From a virus, in the IMG/VR virus record IMGVR_UViG_3300045988_153285, positions 32,001 through 96,000 of that record: a DNA stretch of 64,000 nt; one strand, written 5' to 3'. The notes under the pieces are model-generated. The model saw only the letters and a list, made by a program, of their open reading frames with translations. It ran no database searches and was not told the origin of the DNA. Within the stretch, counting starts at the first letter, position 1, and the number at the start of each line of letters is the position of its first letter. The position numbers and the translations under genes were made by a program. Shown one piece after another: positions 44,415-54,644 of this stretch.

Positions 44415-44431
44415 AAAAGGAGTGTTTATTT

Positions 44432-44632
44432 ATGAAAAACAAATTAACAATAGCTGTAACAATTTTACTATTAAACATTGCAGTCGGAGGATGGTCAGTA
44501 AATGAAATACTATCCTGGTTCGGCAAGAATATACCATTTGCATTTGATATAATTTTAGGATTAATAACAGGATCTATTTCAATACCAGTAGCAATTGTAG
44601 GATGGATATTAAAAGTTTGTGGAGTATTTTAA
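44432..44632 (+). CDS. small membrane protein
   Basis: AAGGAG SD; two hydrophobic helices. Confidence 0.6.
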   Translation: MKNKLTIAVTILLLNIAVGGWSVNEILSWFGKNIPFAFDIILGLITGSISIPVAIVGWILKVCGVF

Positions 44633-44650
44633 AAAGGAGTTAATACATAT

Positions 44651-44824
44651 ATGAACGTAATAGCATGGACAGTGTTAACGTTAAGCTGGTTAAGTGCAGC
44701 AATATGTTTAACAGGTGTAATTATAGAAGGTAATACTAAAGATAAAGTTAAGAATTTAGTACGAGCTAGTATAAACATAATGACAATGTATTTAATGTTA
44801 TATATGTTAGGATTTATAATTTAA
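44651..44824 (+). CDS. 57-aa membrane protein (below ORF-track cutoff)
   Basis: AAGGAG SD; two hydrophobic helices. Confidence 0.5.
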   Translation: MNVIAWTVLTLSWLSAAICLTGVIIEGNTKDKVKNLVRASINIMTMYLMLYMLGFII

Positions 44825-44853
44825 GTAAAAATATAATTTTACAAAAAAAACAT

Positions 44854-44903
44854 AATATAAATTAACAAAATTGGTTGACAAGTTCTTTTATATGATATAT
44901 AAT
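44854..44903 (+). promoter_or_regulatory. dispersed motif + consensus sigma-A promoter of the replication module
   Basis: AATATAAATTAACAAAAT, TTGACA 44875-44880, 17-nt spacer, TATAAT 44898-44903. Confidence 0.75.
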
Positions 44904-45015
44904 AAATTATGTAAGGAGGACAAGTTAATAAATAATAAAAATTAAAATACAGAGATAAGAATAAAACCTGTGAGAAGATGGTTAAATAAATTGAAATAAA
45001 AAGGAGAAATGAATT

Positions 45016-45945
45016 ATGGAAAGAACAGCAAACAAATTATCAATCGTAGGAGTTTTAGTTAAGAAAGGTTTAGAAATCAGAAATGTAGGAGAAGACAAAG
45101 AATGCATATCTGGAAGTTTAGTTTTAAGAACTGATGATGGTAGTGAACACGAAGTTAATTATTTTGCAAATAAATATAAGAAGGATGAGAATGGAAATTT
45201 CACAAGTGAAATTAGTAAAATGTATACTGGTTATGAAACAATTATTTCAGATTACATATCTTTAGAAATGGATAAAGATAATGCAGATGTTATTAAAACA
45301 GGAAGCACTGAGTTAACAGCAAATGATTTTAAGAATAAAGAAGGAAATTTAATATCAACTAATAAGATTAGAGCAAATTTTGCAAATAGATTGTCAGATC
45401 AAGAAAGAGAAATAACGCCAAAAGCGGCAACATTTGAAGTATCAGGAGTGATAACAAAAATTCAACCTGAAATGATTAAAGATGAAGCAACTGGAAATGG
45501 AATAGTAATGTTAGATGTAATTGGTTATAATGGTACTATAATTCCTGTCAAATTAACAATTCCATCAAACTTAGTAGATGGATTCGGAAAAGCAGGTTTC
45601 TATGAAGGTGGTACAGGGAAGTTTACAGGTAACATTATAAATACAAAAACAATAGAAACAGTTGTAGAAAAACAAGCGTTTGGAGAAGATAAGGTTTATG
45701 AAACAACAAAAACTGTAAAAAGATATGAAGTTAGAGGTGGATCTCCATTAGGTGGATTCGAATCATTAAAAATAACTCAAGAAGAATATTCAGCGGCACA
45801 ATCTAAGAGAAGATTAAAATTAGATGAAATTAAAAATGGTACAAATAATTCAAATACAAACAATGTAAATAATATGAACAATCCTTTTGGACAAGCAGCT
45901 CAACCACAAGTTAATCCATTTAGCAGTAACCCTTTTGCTAGATAG
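45016..45945 (+). CDS. hypothetical protein, possible ssDNA-binding protein
   Basis: First gene of the replication module; low-complexity N/Q/P tail ending ..NPFSSNPFAR recalls SSB tails; function is inference. Confidence 0.6.
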   Translation: MERTANKLSIVGVLVKKGLEIRNVGEDKECISGSLVLRTDDGSEHEVNYFANKYKKDENGNFTSEISKMYTGYETIISDYISLEMDKDNADVIKTGSTELTANDFKNKEGNLISTNKIRANFANRLSDQEREITPKAATFEVSGVITKIQPEMIKDEATGNGIVMLDVIGYNGTIIPVKLTIPSNLVDGFGKAGFYEGGTGKFTGNIINTKTIETVVEKQAFGEDKVYETTKTVKRYEVRGGSPLGGFESLKITQEEYSAAQSKRRLKLDEIKNGTNNSNTNNVNNMNNPFGQAAQPQVNPFSSNPFAR

Positions 45946-45951
45946 CAATAC

Positions 45952-45991
45952 ATATAAATTAACAAAATAAGGGTGTTTAATAAACACCCTT
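45952..45991 (+). repeat. dispersed motif copy followed by a hairpin
   Basis: ATATAAATTAACAAAAT then AAGGGTG / CACCCTT stem. Confidence 0.65.
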
Positions 45992-46037
45992 ATGAAATAT
46001 AAATTAAATTTATTAGATTGAAGGAGAGATTATTAAT

Positions 46038-47027
46038 ATGATGGGATTAAATATTTTTGATATTCAAGAAAACAAGGTAACTACAAATTTAAATCAATAT
46101 GGAATTATATTAATGAGTGAAACTGGTGATGGTAAAACAACAACAATGAATAATATATTAACTCAATTAGCAGATGGAGATAAGAAACCATTATTCATAA
46201 TGTTAGAAGATCGATATCAACATATTCCAGGAATCAAAGCAATAAGAGTTAGAAATATGGGAGAATTAAATACAGTAAAATCACAATTAATGAACCCTAA
46301 AGCTAAAGAGTTATTTAGTTGTATAGTATTTGATACAGTTGATAAATTAGATTCAATGATTGAAAAATATGTTGCTGATTCAAAGGAAGTGCAAATAACT
46401 GGTGATTTAGGGTTTGGAAAAGGTAATAAATACATAAAGAGTACAATTCAATTCATTACAGAGTTAAGAAATAATGGATGGACACCACATTATATAGCAC
46501 AAGCTGTAAAAAATGAAGATATAACAACGAAGAGTGTAACTTATACAGTTAAGGTAAATAAAGAGATTTGGGGGCTTATTTCACATGATGCATATTTAAT
46601 AGGATTTTTAAGTGTAAATGCTAAAGGTGATAGATTAATTAATTTTAAGAAAACTAAAGAATATCCTCAATTAAAAGATTCTATAGGAATGCCAACGAAT
46701 GTTAAACCTCAAGAATTTAAAAAAGTTTTCAAAGAGGGAGTTACTAAAATGGCAGGTGGAATGCTTACAGATGAAGATACAATAAATGTAGTAGTTAATG
46801 ATACTAGAGACTTTGAAGCTATAAAACAAAAGGGAATGGATTTAGGATCAGAACTTGCAGCTAATGGTTATTTAAATGATGCCATGTTTGTATTAAGTCA
46901 AACAATAGGAACTGATGAAAATGGAAATGCTAAAATGTTCGATTCATTAATACCTGCTCAAATAGATTTAGCTGAAGTAGTGGTTCAAAAATTAGAAGAA
47001 TTAAAGAGAACAAAAGGATTAGCTTAA
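46038..47027 (+). CDS. AAA-type ATPase (Sak4 / AAA_24-like recombination or replication ATPase, putative)
   Basis: Walker A MSETGDGKTTT, then LFIMLEDRY; phage replication context. Confidence 0.6.
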   Translation: MMGLNIFDIQENKVTTNLNQYGIILMSETGDGKTTTMNNILTQLADGDKKPLFIMLEDRYQHIPGIKAIRVRNMGELNTVKSQLMNPKAKELFSCIVFDTVDKLDSMIEKYVADSKEVQITGDLGFGKGNKYIKSTIQFITELRNNGWTPHYIAQAVKNEDITTKSVTYTVKVNKEIWGLISHDAYLIGFLSVNAKGDRLINFKKTKEYPQLKDSIGMPTNVKPQEFKKVFKEGVTKMAGGMLTDEDTINVVVNDTRDFEAIKQKGMDLGSELAANGYLNDAMFVLSQTIGTDENGNAKMFDSLIPAQIDLAEVVVQKLEELKRTKGLA

Positions 47028-47030
47028 ACG

Positions 47031-47059
47031 AATAGGGGCGTATATCGTCCCTATTTTTA
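47031..47059 (+). terminator. Rho-independent terminator
   Basis: AATAGGGGCG / CGTCCCTATT 10-bp stem (one G-U), 5-nt loop, T-run. Confidence 0.75.
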
Positions 47060-47080
47060 TAAAGAGATGGGTGGTGTAAT

Positions 47081-47566
47081 ATGGCAAGATTAGCAAAATG
47101 TAAATTGTGTGGGATCGAAATTCCCAAAGATGAGAAATTACTAATATCCAATAAAAGATATTGTAGATCTTGTTATGATATAAAGATTAAAGAAAATGAA
47201 GATTATACTAATTTAAAATTAAATATATGTACAATATTTAATATTGATGTTCCAAGTGGGTTAATGTTGAAGCAAATAAAACAATTTAAAGAAGAATTGA
47301 ATTATACATACGCAGGGATTAATTATTGTTTATGGTATTTAACTCAAATTAAAGGAGTTAAATTAGAATTTAAATATGGAATAGCTCTAGTTAAGTTTGA
47401 ATATGAAAATTCAAAAAATTATTACATGCAACAATGCAAAATAAAAGAAAGTGTTAAACCACCACAAAATATAGAAATTAAGAAAATTATAAAGATGAAA
47501 ACAAATAGAGATTATAAAAATAAATTTCTAATTGATATAGATGATATTATAAAGGATGGTGTATGA
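47081..47566 (+). CDS. zinc-ribbon protein of the replication module
   Basis: CKLCG..CRSC at the N-terminus; 161 aa. Confidence 0.65.
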   Translation: MARLAKCKLCGIEIPKDEKLLISNKRYCRSCYDIKIKENEDYTNLKLNICTIFNIDVPSGLMLKQIKQFKEELNYTYAGINYCLWYLTQIKGVKLEFKYGIALVKFEYENSKNYYMQQCKIKESVKPPQNIEIKKIIKMKTNRDYKNKFLIDIDDIIKDGV

Positions 47567-47567
47567 T

Positions 47568-49202
47568 ATGAAATTTCAAGGATTGACAGATAAAAGAAAT
47601 ATATATTTATTGTTAGGTTGTTATTGTAATAATCCTAAATTCATACTAGATGATAAATACAAAACTTGTCCTTCAGATTATCCAGAAAAGTTCCATAAGA
47701 TAATATTTGGAGCAATATTTAATATTGCTAAGAAATCAAATGTTAACAAAATTACAGCAGTTGAAATTGAAAATGAATTAAGTTCGTTCAAAACATCTTT
47801 TGATATATGGAATATAAATAATGGATTTGATTATATAGAAGGTGCTATACAAGAAACAAAAGACAAAGCATTCAATGTAGATTTATACAGAGATGAGGTT
47901 AGAAAATATAGCATACTGAGAAATGCAGCAGAAGAATTAGGTTTAGACATATCTTTCATTTATGAAGAGTTTGATGAGTTGGATACTACAGATTTAAGAT
48001 TAAAAGAAAAACAATCAAAAATGGAAAAATTCAATAATATGAAAAGTATAGAAGTTTCATCTTTAATAAATAATAAATATTTAAATTTTAAAAACATGTG
48101 GGATGATAAGTTCTCAGATAATTATAGTTTTCATATAGGGGACGGAATTGATGAAAGGTTGGAAGCTCATAAAAATCAAGATGATTCGTGGGGTTATCCG
48201 TTCCAAAGCGGATATATGACTACTGCCTTTAGAGGAATGAGAGGGAAGAAGTTCATGATTAGATCTAGTATATCGGGAGGTGGAAAATCTAGGTCTTCGA
48301 TGGCAGAAGCATGTAATATAGGTTGTGATAGGATTTATGATTGGGGGAGTCGTCAGTGGATTAGTACTGGTGAAAAACAACCATGTTTATTCATATCAAC
48401 AGAATTAACAAAAGAAGAAATTCAAGATTGTATACTGGCTCATATCAGTGGTATTGAGGAGGATAGAATTGGAGAATGGAGAGATATAACTGACGAAGAA
48501 TATGAAATATTAAAGGAATCATCAAGGTTAATGAAAGAATCATGTGTTTATGGTGAACATTTACCAGATTTCACAATAGATTTAATAGCTGATACTATTG
48601 AGGAATATGTATTAAATTATAATATAAGATATGCTTTTTTCGATTATATAAATGATTCACCATCATTATATTCTTATTATATGGAAAAGACTGGTGTTAG
48701 ATTACAAACACATCAAATACTATTCTTATTCTCTCAATCACTAAAAGCTATGGCAAATAAATATGATATTTATTTAGGAAGTGCAACTCAATTGTCATCT
48801 AACTGGAAAGAAGAAAAGGATGCAAATGCACTAAAAGGTTCTAAAGCTATAATAGAAAAGGCTGATTATGGGGTGATATCATTACCAGCAACTCCACAAG
48901 ATCTAAAAAAATTAAAATCTGTATTGGAAAGCGGGTTTTATGAAACTCCTAATTATTGCTATCATATATTCAAAAATAGAGGTGGAAAATGGAATTCAAT
49001 TGTAATCTGGACAAAGTTAAACATGGGTACTATGAGGGAAAAAGATTGCTTTGTTACTAATACTGAATTTGAAATAATATCAGATATTGAAAAGACAATA
49101 TTAGAATTTGAATTAGATTATATTGGAAATGCCACTGAATTTGAAGCTACAGATGCAAATGCTAAAGAATACATAGAAGAATTAAATAAAACTAAGCTGT
49201 AA
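47568..49202 (+). CDS. DnaB-like replicative helicase (putative)
   Basis: Walker A SISGGGKSRSS, Walker B-like AFFDYINDS; sits just upstream of the primase. Confidence 0.6.
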   Translation: MKFQGLTDKRNIYLLLGCYCNNPKFILDDKYKTCPSDYPEKFHKIIFGAIFNIAKKSNVNKITAVEIENELSSFKTSFDIWNINNGFDYIEGAIQETKDKAFNVDLYRDEVRKYSILRNAAEELGLDISFIYEEFDELDTTDLRLKEKQSKMEKFNNMKSIEVSSLINNKYLNFKNMWDDKFSDNYSFHIGDGIDERLEAHKNQDDSWGYPFQSGYMTTAFRGMRGKKFMIRSSISGGGKSRSSMAEACNIGCDRIYDWGSRQWISTGEKQPCLFISTELTKEEIQDCILAHISGIEEDRIGEWRDITDEEYEILKESSRLMKESCVYGEHLPDFTIDLIADTIEEYVLNYNIRYAFFDYINDSPSLYSYYMEKTGVRLQTHQILFLFSQSLKAMANKYDIYLGSATQLSSNWKEEKDANALKGSKAIIEKADYGVISLPATPQDLKKLKSVLESGFYETPNYCYHIFKNRGGKWNSIVIWTKLNMGTMREKDCFVTNTEFEIISDIEKTILEFELDYIGNATEFEATDANAKEYIEELNKTKL

Positions 49203-49215
49203 AGTAGGTGTTCAA

Positions 49216-50298
49216 ATGGACGCTAAAGAATTAAAGAATAAATTGAATAGTGAACAAATCAAGATTATACTTGAAAATTTAGGCGGCGTAATTTGGTATG
49301 AAGATGATGATAAATTGATATTAAATACAATATGTCATGGAGGGGATTCACCAAATAAGTTATATTATCTAAAAGAAGAGAAGCACTTTTTTTGTTACAC
49401 TCATTGTGGACAAACTGATATATTTGCAATAGTTTCAGAGGTGAAAGACTTCAATTTACCACAAAGTATAAATTATATTTGTACATTATTAGGAATATCT
49501 CAAATAAAAGAAGGTTTTGGACAAGATTGTGCAGATGTATTAGATGATTGGAGTTTTATAAATTCATATAAACGTAAATATGAAAAAATAAATAAAGTTG
49601 AAAAATCATATGAAGTATTAAATAATAAAATATTAAATATGTTTCAAAATATTTATACTAATGAGTGGATAAATGATGGTATTTCAAAAGAAGTTATGGA
49701 AAAATACAATATAATGTATTCTACATTAAAACAATCAATCGTAATCCCACATTATAGTATTAACGGAGATTTAATTGGTATTAGACAAAGAGCAACAATT
49801 CAAGAAGACATTGATTGTTTTGGAAAATATACTCCTTTTTCAATTTGTGGTGAAATGTACAATCATCCATTATCTACAAACTTGTATGGGTTAAATATAA
49901 ATAAAGATTGCATAAAAAGAACTAAGAAAGTAATGATTGTTGAATCTGAAAAGGGGACTTTACAAGCAGCTACAATGTTTGGAATAGATAATAATTTTAC
50001 AGTGGCTTTATGTGGTTGTTCTAAAATAAGTAAAATTCAAAGAAAATTATTACAAGATTTAGGTGTCATAGAGGTGATAATTGCATTAGATCGTCAATAT
50101 GAAAAAGTTGATAGCGAGGAATATAATAAATGGAGAAAACATATAAGCGAAAAAATAATTAATCCATTATTACCATACTTTAACGTAAGTGTAATATGGG
50201 ATACAGAAGGTTTATTAGGATTTAAAGATAGTCCAACAGATAGAGGGAAAGAAACATTATTAAGATTAATGAAATCAAAAATTAAAATAAGTGGGTGA
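49216..50298 (+). CDS. DNA primase (zinc-binding + TOPRIM)
   Basis: CHGGDSPNKLYY..FFCYTHCG zinc motif; TOPRIM-like MIVESEKG..IALDRQ. Confidence 0.7.
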   Translation: MDAKELKNKLNSEQIKIILENLGGVIWYEDDDKLILNTICHGGDSPNKLYYLKEEKHFFCYTHCGQTDIFAIVSEVKDFNLPQSINYICTLLGISQIKEGFGQDCADVLDDWSFINSYKRKYEKINKVEKSYEVLNNKILNMFQNIYTNEWINDGISKEVMEKYNIMYSTLKQSIVIPHYSINGDLIGIRQRATIQEDIDCFGKYTPFSICGEMYNHPLSTNLYGLNINKDCIKRTKKVMIVESEKGTLQAATMFGIDNNFTVALCGCSKISKIQRKLLQDLGVIEVIIALDRQYEKVDSEEYNKWRKHISEKIINPLLPYFNVSVIWDTEGLLGFKDSPTDRGKETLLRLMKSKIKISG

Positions 50299-50302
50299 TA
50301 TT

Positions 50303-52045
50303 ATGAATTTTAAAATTGAAAAAAGAAATAAATTAAACATAGGGTTCGGAAATGTATTAGAATCATTGTTAAAAGTTAGAGGTGTTGAAGATGTAAATAA
50401 ATTTCTAAATTTAACAGATGATGTTATAGAGGATATTAATAATTATGATAACATTGAAGTAGCTTCCCATATATTACTTGAACATTTAAAATGTAATAGT
50501 AAAATTGCAATAATAGTTGATAATGATGGTGATGGTTTTTCTAGTGCAGCTTTATTATATAATTACATAAAACGAATAAAACCTTCAATTAAATTAGAGT
50601 ATTTAATTCATAGCAATAAGGCTCATGGTTTAACTGAAGAGATGATGGAAAATATAAGAGCGGGAAATTATAATTTATTATTTATACCTGATGCTGGTAG
50701 TGGAAATATACAGCAACATAAGATATTGAAAGAAAAACTAGCTATGGATATTATAGTATTAGATCATCACCAATGCAATAAATATTCTCCATATGCTTGT
50801 GTTGTAAATAATCAAATGTCTAAAAATGTGAGGAATAAATCAATCACAGGAGTTGGAGTCACATATAAGTTTTGCAAGTATATTGACAATATACTGAATT
50901 TAAATGTAGCAGATGATTTTTTAGACTTATTAGCATATGGTATGGTTAGTGATAGTGCTGATTTAAGAGAATTGGAAAGTAGATATTTAGTATTGGAAGG
51001 ATTGAATAGAATTCAAGATGGTGTAAATTCAAATGAACTTTTAAAGAAACTATATAAATCTAAATCATATTCGATGAATAATAAATGTACAATAAGTGGA
51101 ATGGCTTTTTACATGTGTCCTGCTATAAATTGTATAATACGTGGAGGAGATTTAGAGATAAAGACAATATTATTCAAGGCATTTATAGGTTCAGATGAAA
51201 TATTTAAAGATAAAATTAGAGGTAAAGGTGAAGTTGAATTATCAGTTGAAGATTATATATTAAGAGTTTATACAAAATTAAAAAAGGTTCAAGATAAAGC
51301 TGCGGAAGAAGGAGTTGAGTTGATGAAAAATCAAATTAATCAATTTAACTTAAATAATAGTGAAATTATTATTGTCAATGGAACTGAAATAGAAAATAAA
51401 ACTTATAATAGATTAATAGTTAATAAATTATGCAGCGCTTATAATAAACATATACTTCTATTAAGTGAAACTGGAAGTTCACTATCTGGTAGTGGAACTG
51501 GAGCAAAAAATAAAGAGATTTCTGATTTTAGAAAATGGTGCGAATTAACTGGATTATTTAATTATTGTGAAGGACACCCTTCTGCATTTGGATGTCAAAT
51601 TCCAACATATAATATAAATAAATTATACGAATTGATATCAACAATTCCTTCAAGTGATGTATTAGTATATAACGTGGATGAAATATTTACAGAGAAATCT
51701 TTAAATAAAGCTACTGTATCATTTATAGGTAGCTATGATTATATATGGGGTAATAAATTAGATGAACCTATATTTGCAATAGAAGATATTATTGTTGACT
51801 CTAATAACATCAAGTTAATGGGAAAAAATAAAAATACTATAAAAATAATACATAATGGAATTGAGTTTATAAAGTTCAAGTCATCTGAAGATGAGTATAA
51901 TAATATAATGAAAAATAAACATAATATTTTTACAATAGTAGGAAAATTTAAAGTTAATGAATATTGTGGTAATACTACACCACAAGTATTAATTGAAGAT
52001 TATAAATATAAAGCTACAGAAGTAAAACCAAAATTTATATTTTAA
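50303..52045 (+). CDS. RecJ-like DHH-family phosphoesterase / ssDNA exonuclease
   Basis: IIVDNDGDGFSS and IVLDHHQ (DHH motifs). Confidence 0.75.
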   Translation: MNFKIEKRNKLNIGFGNVLESLLKVRGVEDVNKFLNLTDDVIEDINNYDNIEVASHILLEHLKCNSKIAIIVDNDGDGFSSAALLYNYIKRIKPSIKLEYLIHSNKAHGLTEEMMENIRAGNYNLLFIPDAGSGNIQQHKILKEKLAMDIIVLDHHQCNKYSPYACVVNNQMSKNVRNKSITGVGVTYKFCKYIDNILNLNVADDFLDLLAYGMVSDSADLRELESRYLVLEGLNRIQDGVNSNELLKKLYKSKSYSMNNKCTISGMAFYMCPAINCIIRGGDLEIKTILFKAFIGSDEIFKDKIRGKGEVELSVEDYILRVYTKLKKVQDKAAEEGVELMKNQINQFNLNNSEIIIVNGTEIENKTYNRLIVNKLCSAYNKHILLLSETGSSLSGSGTGAKNKEISDFRKWCELTGLFNYCEGHPSAFGCQIPTYNINKLYELISTIPSSDVLVYNVDEIFTEKSLNKATVSFIGSYDYIWGNKLDEPIFAIEDIIVDSNNIKLMGKNKNTIKIIHNGIEFIKFKSSEDEYNNIMKNKHNIFTIVGKFKVNEYCGNTTPQVLIEDYKYKATEVKPKFIF

Positions 52046-52094
52046 ATATAAATTAATAAAATATATTGACAAATAAATTGAATTTTGTTAACTT
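52045..52094 (+). promoter_or_regulatory. dispersed motif + promoter upstream of the polymerase gene
   Basis: AATATAAATTAATAAAAT overlapping the upstream stop, TTGACA 52066-52071, weak TGTTAACTT -10. Confidence 0.55.
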
Positions 52095-52114
52095 GAATAT
52101 GAGGTGATGAAAAT

Positions 52115-54640
52115 ATGAAGTATGACATAATAGCTTATGATTTTGAGGTATTCAGTAAAGCTAAATGGTGGATGGTTGTTTTTATTGATTATGAAACTAG
52201 AGAAAAAACTATAATATTAAATAATAAACAGGAGCTAGAGGAATACTATAGATTACACAAAGATGATATTTTTATAGGGTATAATTCTAGGGGATATGAC
52301 CAATGGATTTTAAAAGGAATATTATTAGGTAAAGATCCATTTAAAATTAATGATGGTATTATAGAAGAAGATAAAAAAGGCCATCAATTATTAAGAAATG
52401 CCAAAGAAGTCGTTTTAAATAATTTTGATGTTGCTAATCCTATGAATAGCTTAAAACAATTGGAGGGTTTCATGGGAAGTATGATTAAAGAATCATCAGT
52501 ACCATTTGATTTAGATAGACCTTTAACAGAAGATGAAATACAAGAAACGATAAAATATTGTACACATGATGTAGAAGAAACGATAAAAGTTTTTGAATAT
52601 AAAAAAGAAGATTTTGATAGCCAACTATTATTAATTGAAACTTTTGATTTAGGAATGGATATGTTCAATAAAACTAAAGCACAATTATCAGCTCATATTC
52701 TTGGAACTGTAAAACAAGAATCTATAGATGATGAATTTGATTTTGAATTTCCAAAAACATTAATTTTAAATAAATATAAATACATACAAGATTGGTACAG
52801 AAATCCAAGGAATTTAACTTACGATAGAAAATTAGAAGTTGAGGTTGCTGGATGTCCTACAACATTTGCTTATGGTGGGGTTCATGGTGCAAAATCTAAT
52901 TGTTTCAGAGAAGGTATAATATTATGTTTTGACGTTGCATCCCTATATCCATCAATTATGATAAATTATAATTGTCTTAGTAGGAACGTATTGGAACCTA
53001 AAAAATATGAAGAAATAAAACACCAAAGATTAGAGTTTAAGAAACAAAAAGATAAAAGGCAAGCTCCACTAAAAATCGTATTAAATTCAACTTACGGTAT
53101 ATTGAAAGATAAAAACAATCCTTTTTATGATCCTAGAATGAGTAATCAAGTTTGTGTTACTGGGCAATTACTACTTTTAGATTTAGTTGAGAAAGTTGAA
53201 CACTTAGGTGAAGTGTTACAGATGAATACTGATGGTGTTTACATGTATATGAAAGACATGGAATCTGTTGAAAAAGTAAAGCAAATTGCACATGAATGGG
53301 AAAGAAGAACAATGTTAGAGTTGGAGTTTGATATTTACGCTAAGATATACCAAAGAGATGTAAATAATTATATTATAGTTGATGAAAATGGTCACTATAA
53401 ATCTAAAGGTTGTGTGAAGAAAAAGTCTCCAATTGATTACGATTTACCTATTATAACTAAAGCAATTATAAATTATTGTGTAAATGATATACCAATAGAA
53501 GACACAATAAATAATTGTGACGACTTAATGGAGTTTCAAAAAATAGTAAAAGTATCAAAGCTATATAAATATGCTTATTATGGTACAGTAAAACAAATAA
53601 CAGAAGGTAAGAATAAATTTACTGTTAGAGATGAGGGAATTAAATTACCAGAAAAAGTATTAAGAGTATTTGCCTCATCAAGAGATGATGATAAAGGAGT
53701 ATTCAAAGTAAAAAATGAAAAGAAAGTAGAGAAAATAGCTAATACTCCAGATAAATGTTTTATATTTAATGAGGATGTTAAGTATGAAAAATGCCCAGAC
53801 TATTTAGATAGATCATATTATATTGAATTAGCCAAAGAACAATTAAATGATTTCCTTGGGCTAAATGATAAAGTTATAAAAATTAAAAAAAGTAATGAAG
53901 AACAGATATTAGAGGTATTAAATAAAAATTACACTGATTTTTACGATGTTCTAGTAGATATAAAGTTAAATACAAATATAACTAATGCGATTCTATTGAA
54001 ATATATAAATATAGAAGCATTCAATAGATTTGGTAAGTGTAAAAAGCTATCAAAGTACTTAAATTTATTTAAAATGATATACGGCAAGAAAAGTGTAACA
54101 CCTAAAATGATAAAAGATATAAATAATGATGAAATATTAGATATATTGAAATCTAATTGCGATTATGATTCTATCAAGAATACATATAAGAACTTAAATA
54201 GTGAACAAGCTCTTAGAGATATATTTAAATATTTACCAGATGAGGATATTCATATCTCAACAAAAATAAAACAAGAGTATGACTTGTATGATGATTTAAC
54301 AATAAAAGATTCTTCACTAGATGAAAATTTAATTTTCATAATGAATATAAACAATACAAAAAATCCTTCCATCATAGCTTATAACTTAAAGTATGGAGTC
54401 GTAAATATACTTAAAATTAATAAAGAAATATTCAATATATTAGAATTAAGAGTTGGAGACTTTGTTTATATAAAATCGATGGAACGAAAACCAAAAGTCA
54501 AAGTTATAGATAAGGTGGATGGTGTTAATGTATTAGGGTGTTCTGAAGAGTTTTATGATTGGTGGTTAAATGAGTATGAAATCATACTTAGAGATTATGG
54601 TAAAAACAATAAATTAATTGTAGATACTGAAATGGAGTGA
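52115..54640 (+). CDS. family B DNA polymerase
   Basis: Exo I IAYDFEV, Exo II GYNSRGYDQWIL, Exo III YCTHDVEET; Pol A DVASLYPSIM, Pol B KIVLNSTYG, Pol C MNTDGVY. Confidence 0.9.
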   Translation: MKYDIIAYDFEVFSKAKWWMVVFIDYETREKTIILNNKQELEEYYRLHKDDIFIGYNSRGYDQWILKGILLGKDPFKINDGIIEEDKKGHQLLRNAKEVVLNNFDVANPMNSLKQLEGFMGSMIKESSVPFDLDRPLTEDEIQETIKYCTHDVEETIKVFEYKKEDFDSQLLLIETFDLGMDMFNKTKAQLSAHILGTVKQESIDDEFDFEFPKTLILNKYKYIQDWYRNPRNLTYDRKLEVEVAGCPTTFAYGGVHGAKSNCFREGIILCFDVASLYPSIMINYNCLSRNVLEPKKYEEIKHQRLEFKKQKDKRQAPLKIVLNSTYGILKDKNNPFYDPRMSNQVCVTGQLLLLDLVEKVEHLGEVLQMNTDGVYMYMKDMESVEKVKQIAHEWERRTMLELEFDIYAKIYQRDVNNYIIVDENGHYKSKGCVKKKSPIDYDLPIITKAIINYCVNDIPIEDTINNCDDLMEFQKIVKVSKLYKYAYYGTVKQITEGKNKFTVRDEGIKLPEKVLRVFASSRDDDKGVFKVKNEKKVEKIANTPDKCFIFNEDVKYEKCPDYLDRSYYIELAKEQLNDFLGLNDKVIKIKKSNEEQILEVLNKNYTDFYDVLVDIKLNTNITNAILLKYINIEAFNRFGKCKKLSKYLNLFKMIYGKKSVTPKMIKDINNDEILDILKSNCDYDSIKNTYKNLNSEQALRDIFKYLPDEDIHISTKIKQEYDLYDDLTIKDSSLDENLIFIMNINNTKNPSIIAYNLKYGVVNILKINKEIFNILELRVGDFVYIKSMERKPKVKVIDKVDGVNVLGCSEEFYDWWLNEYEIILRDYGKNNKLIVDTEME

Positions 54641-54644
54641 TAAT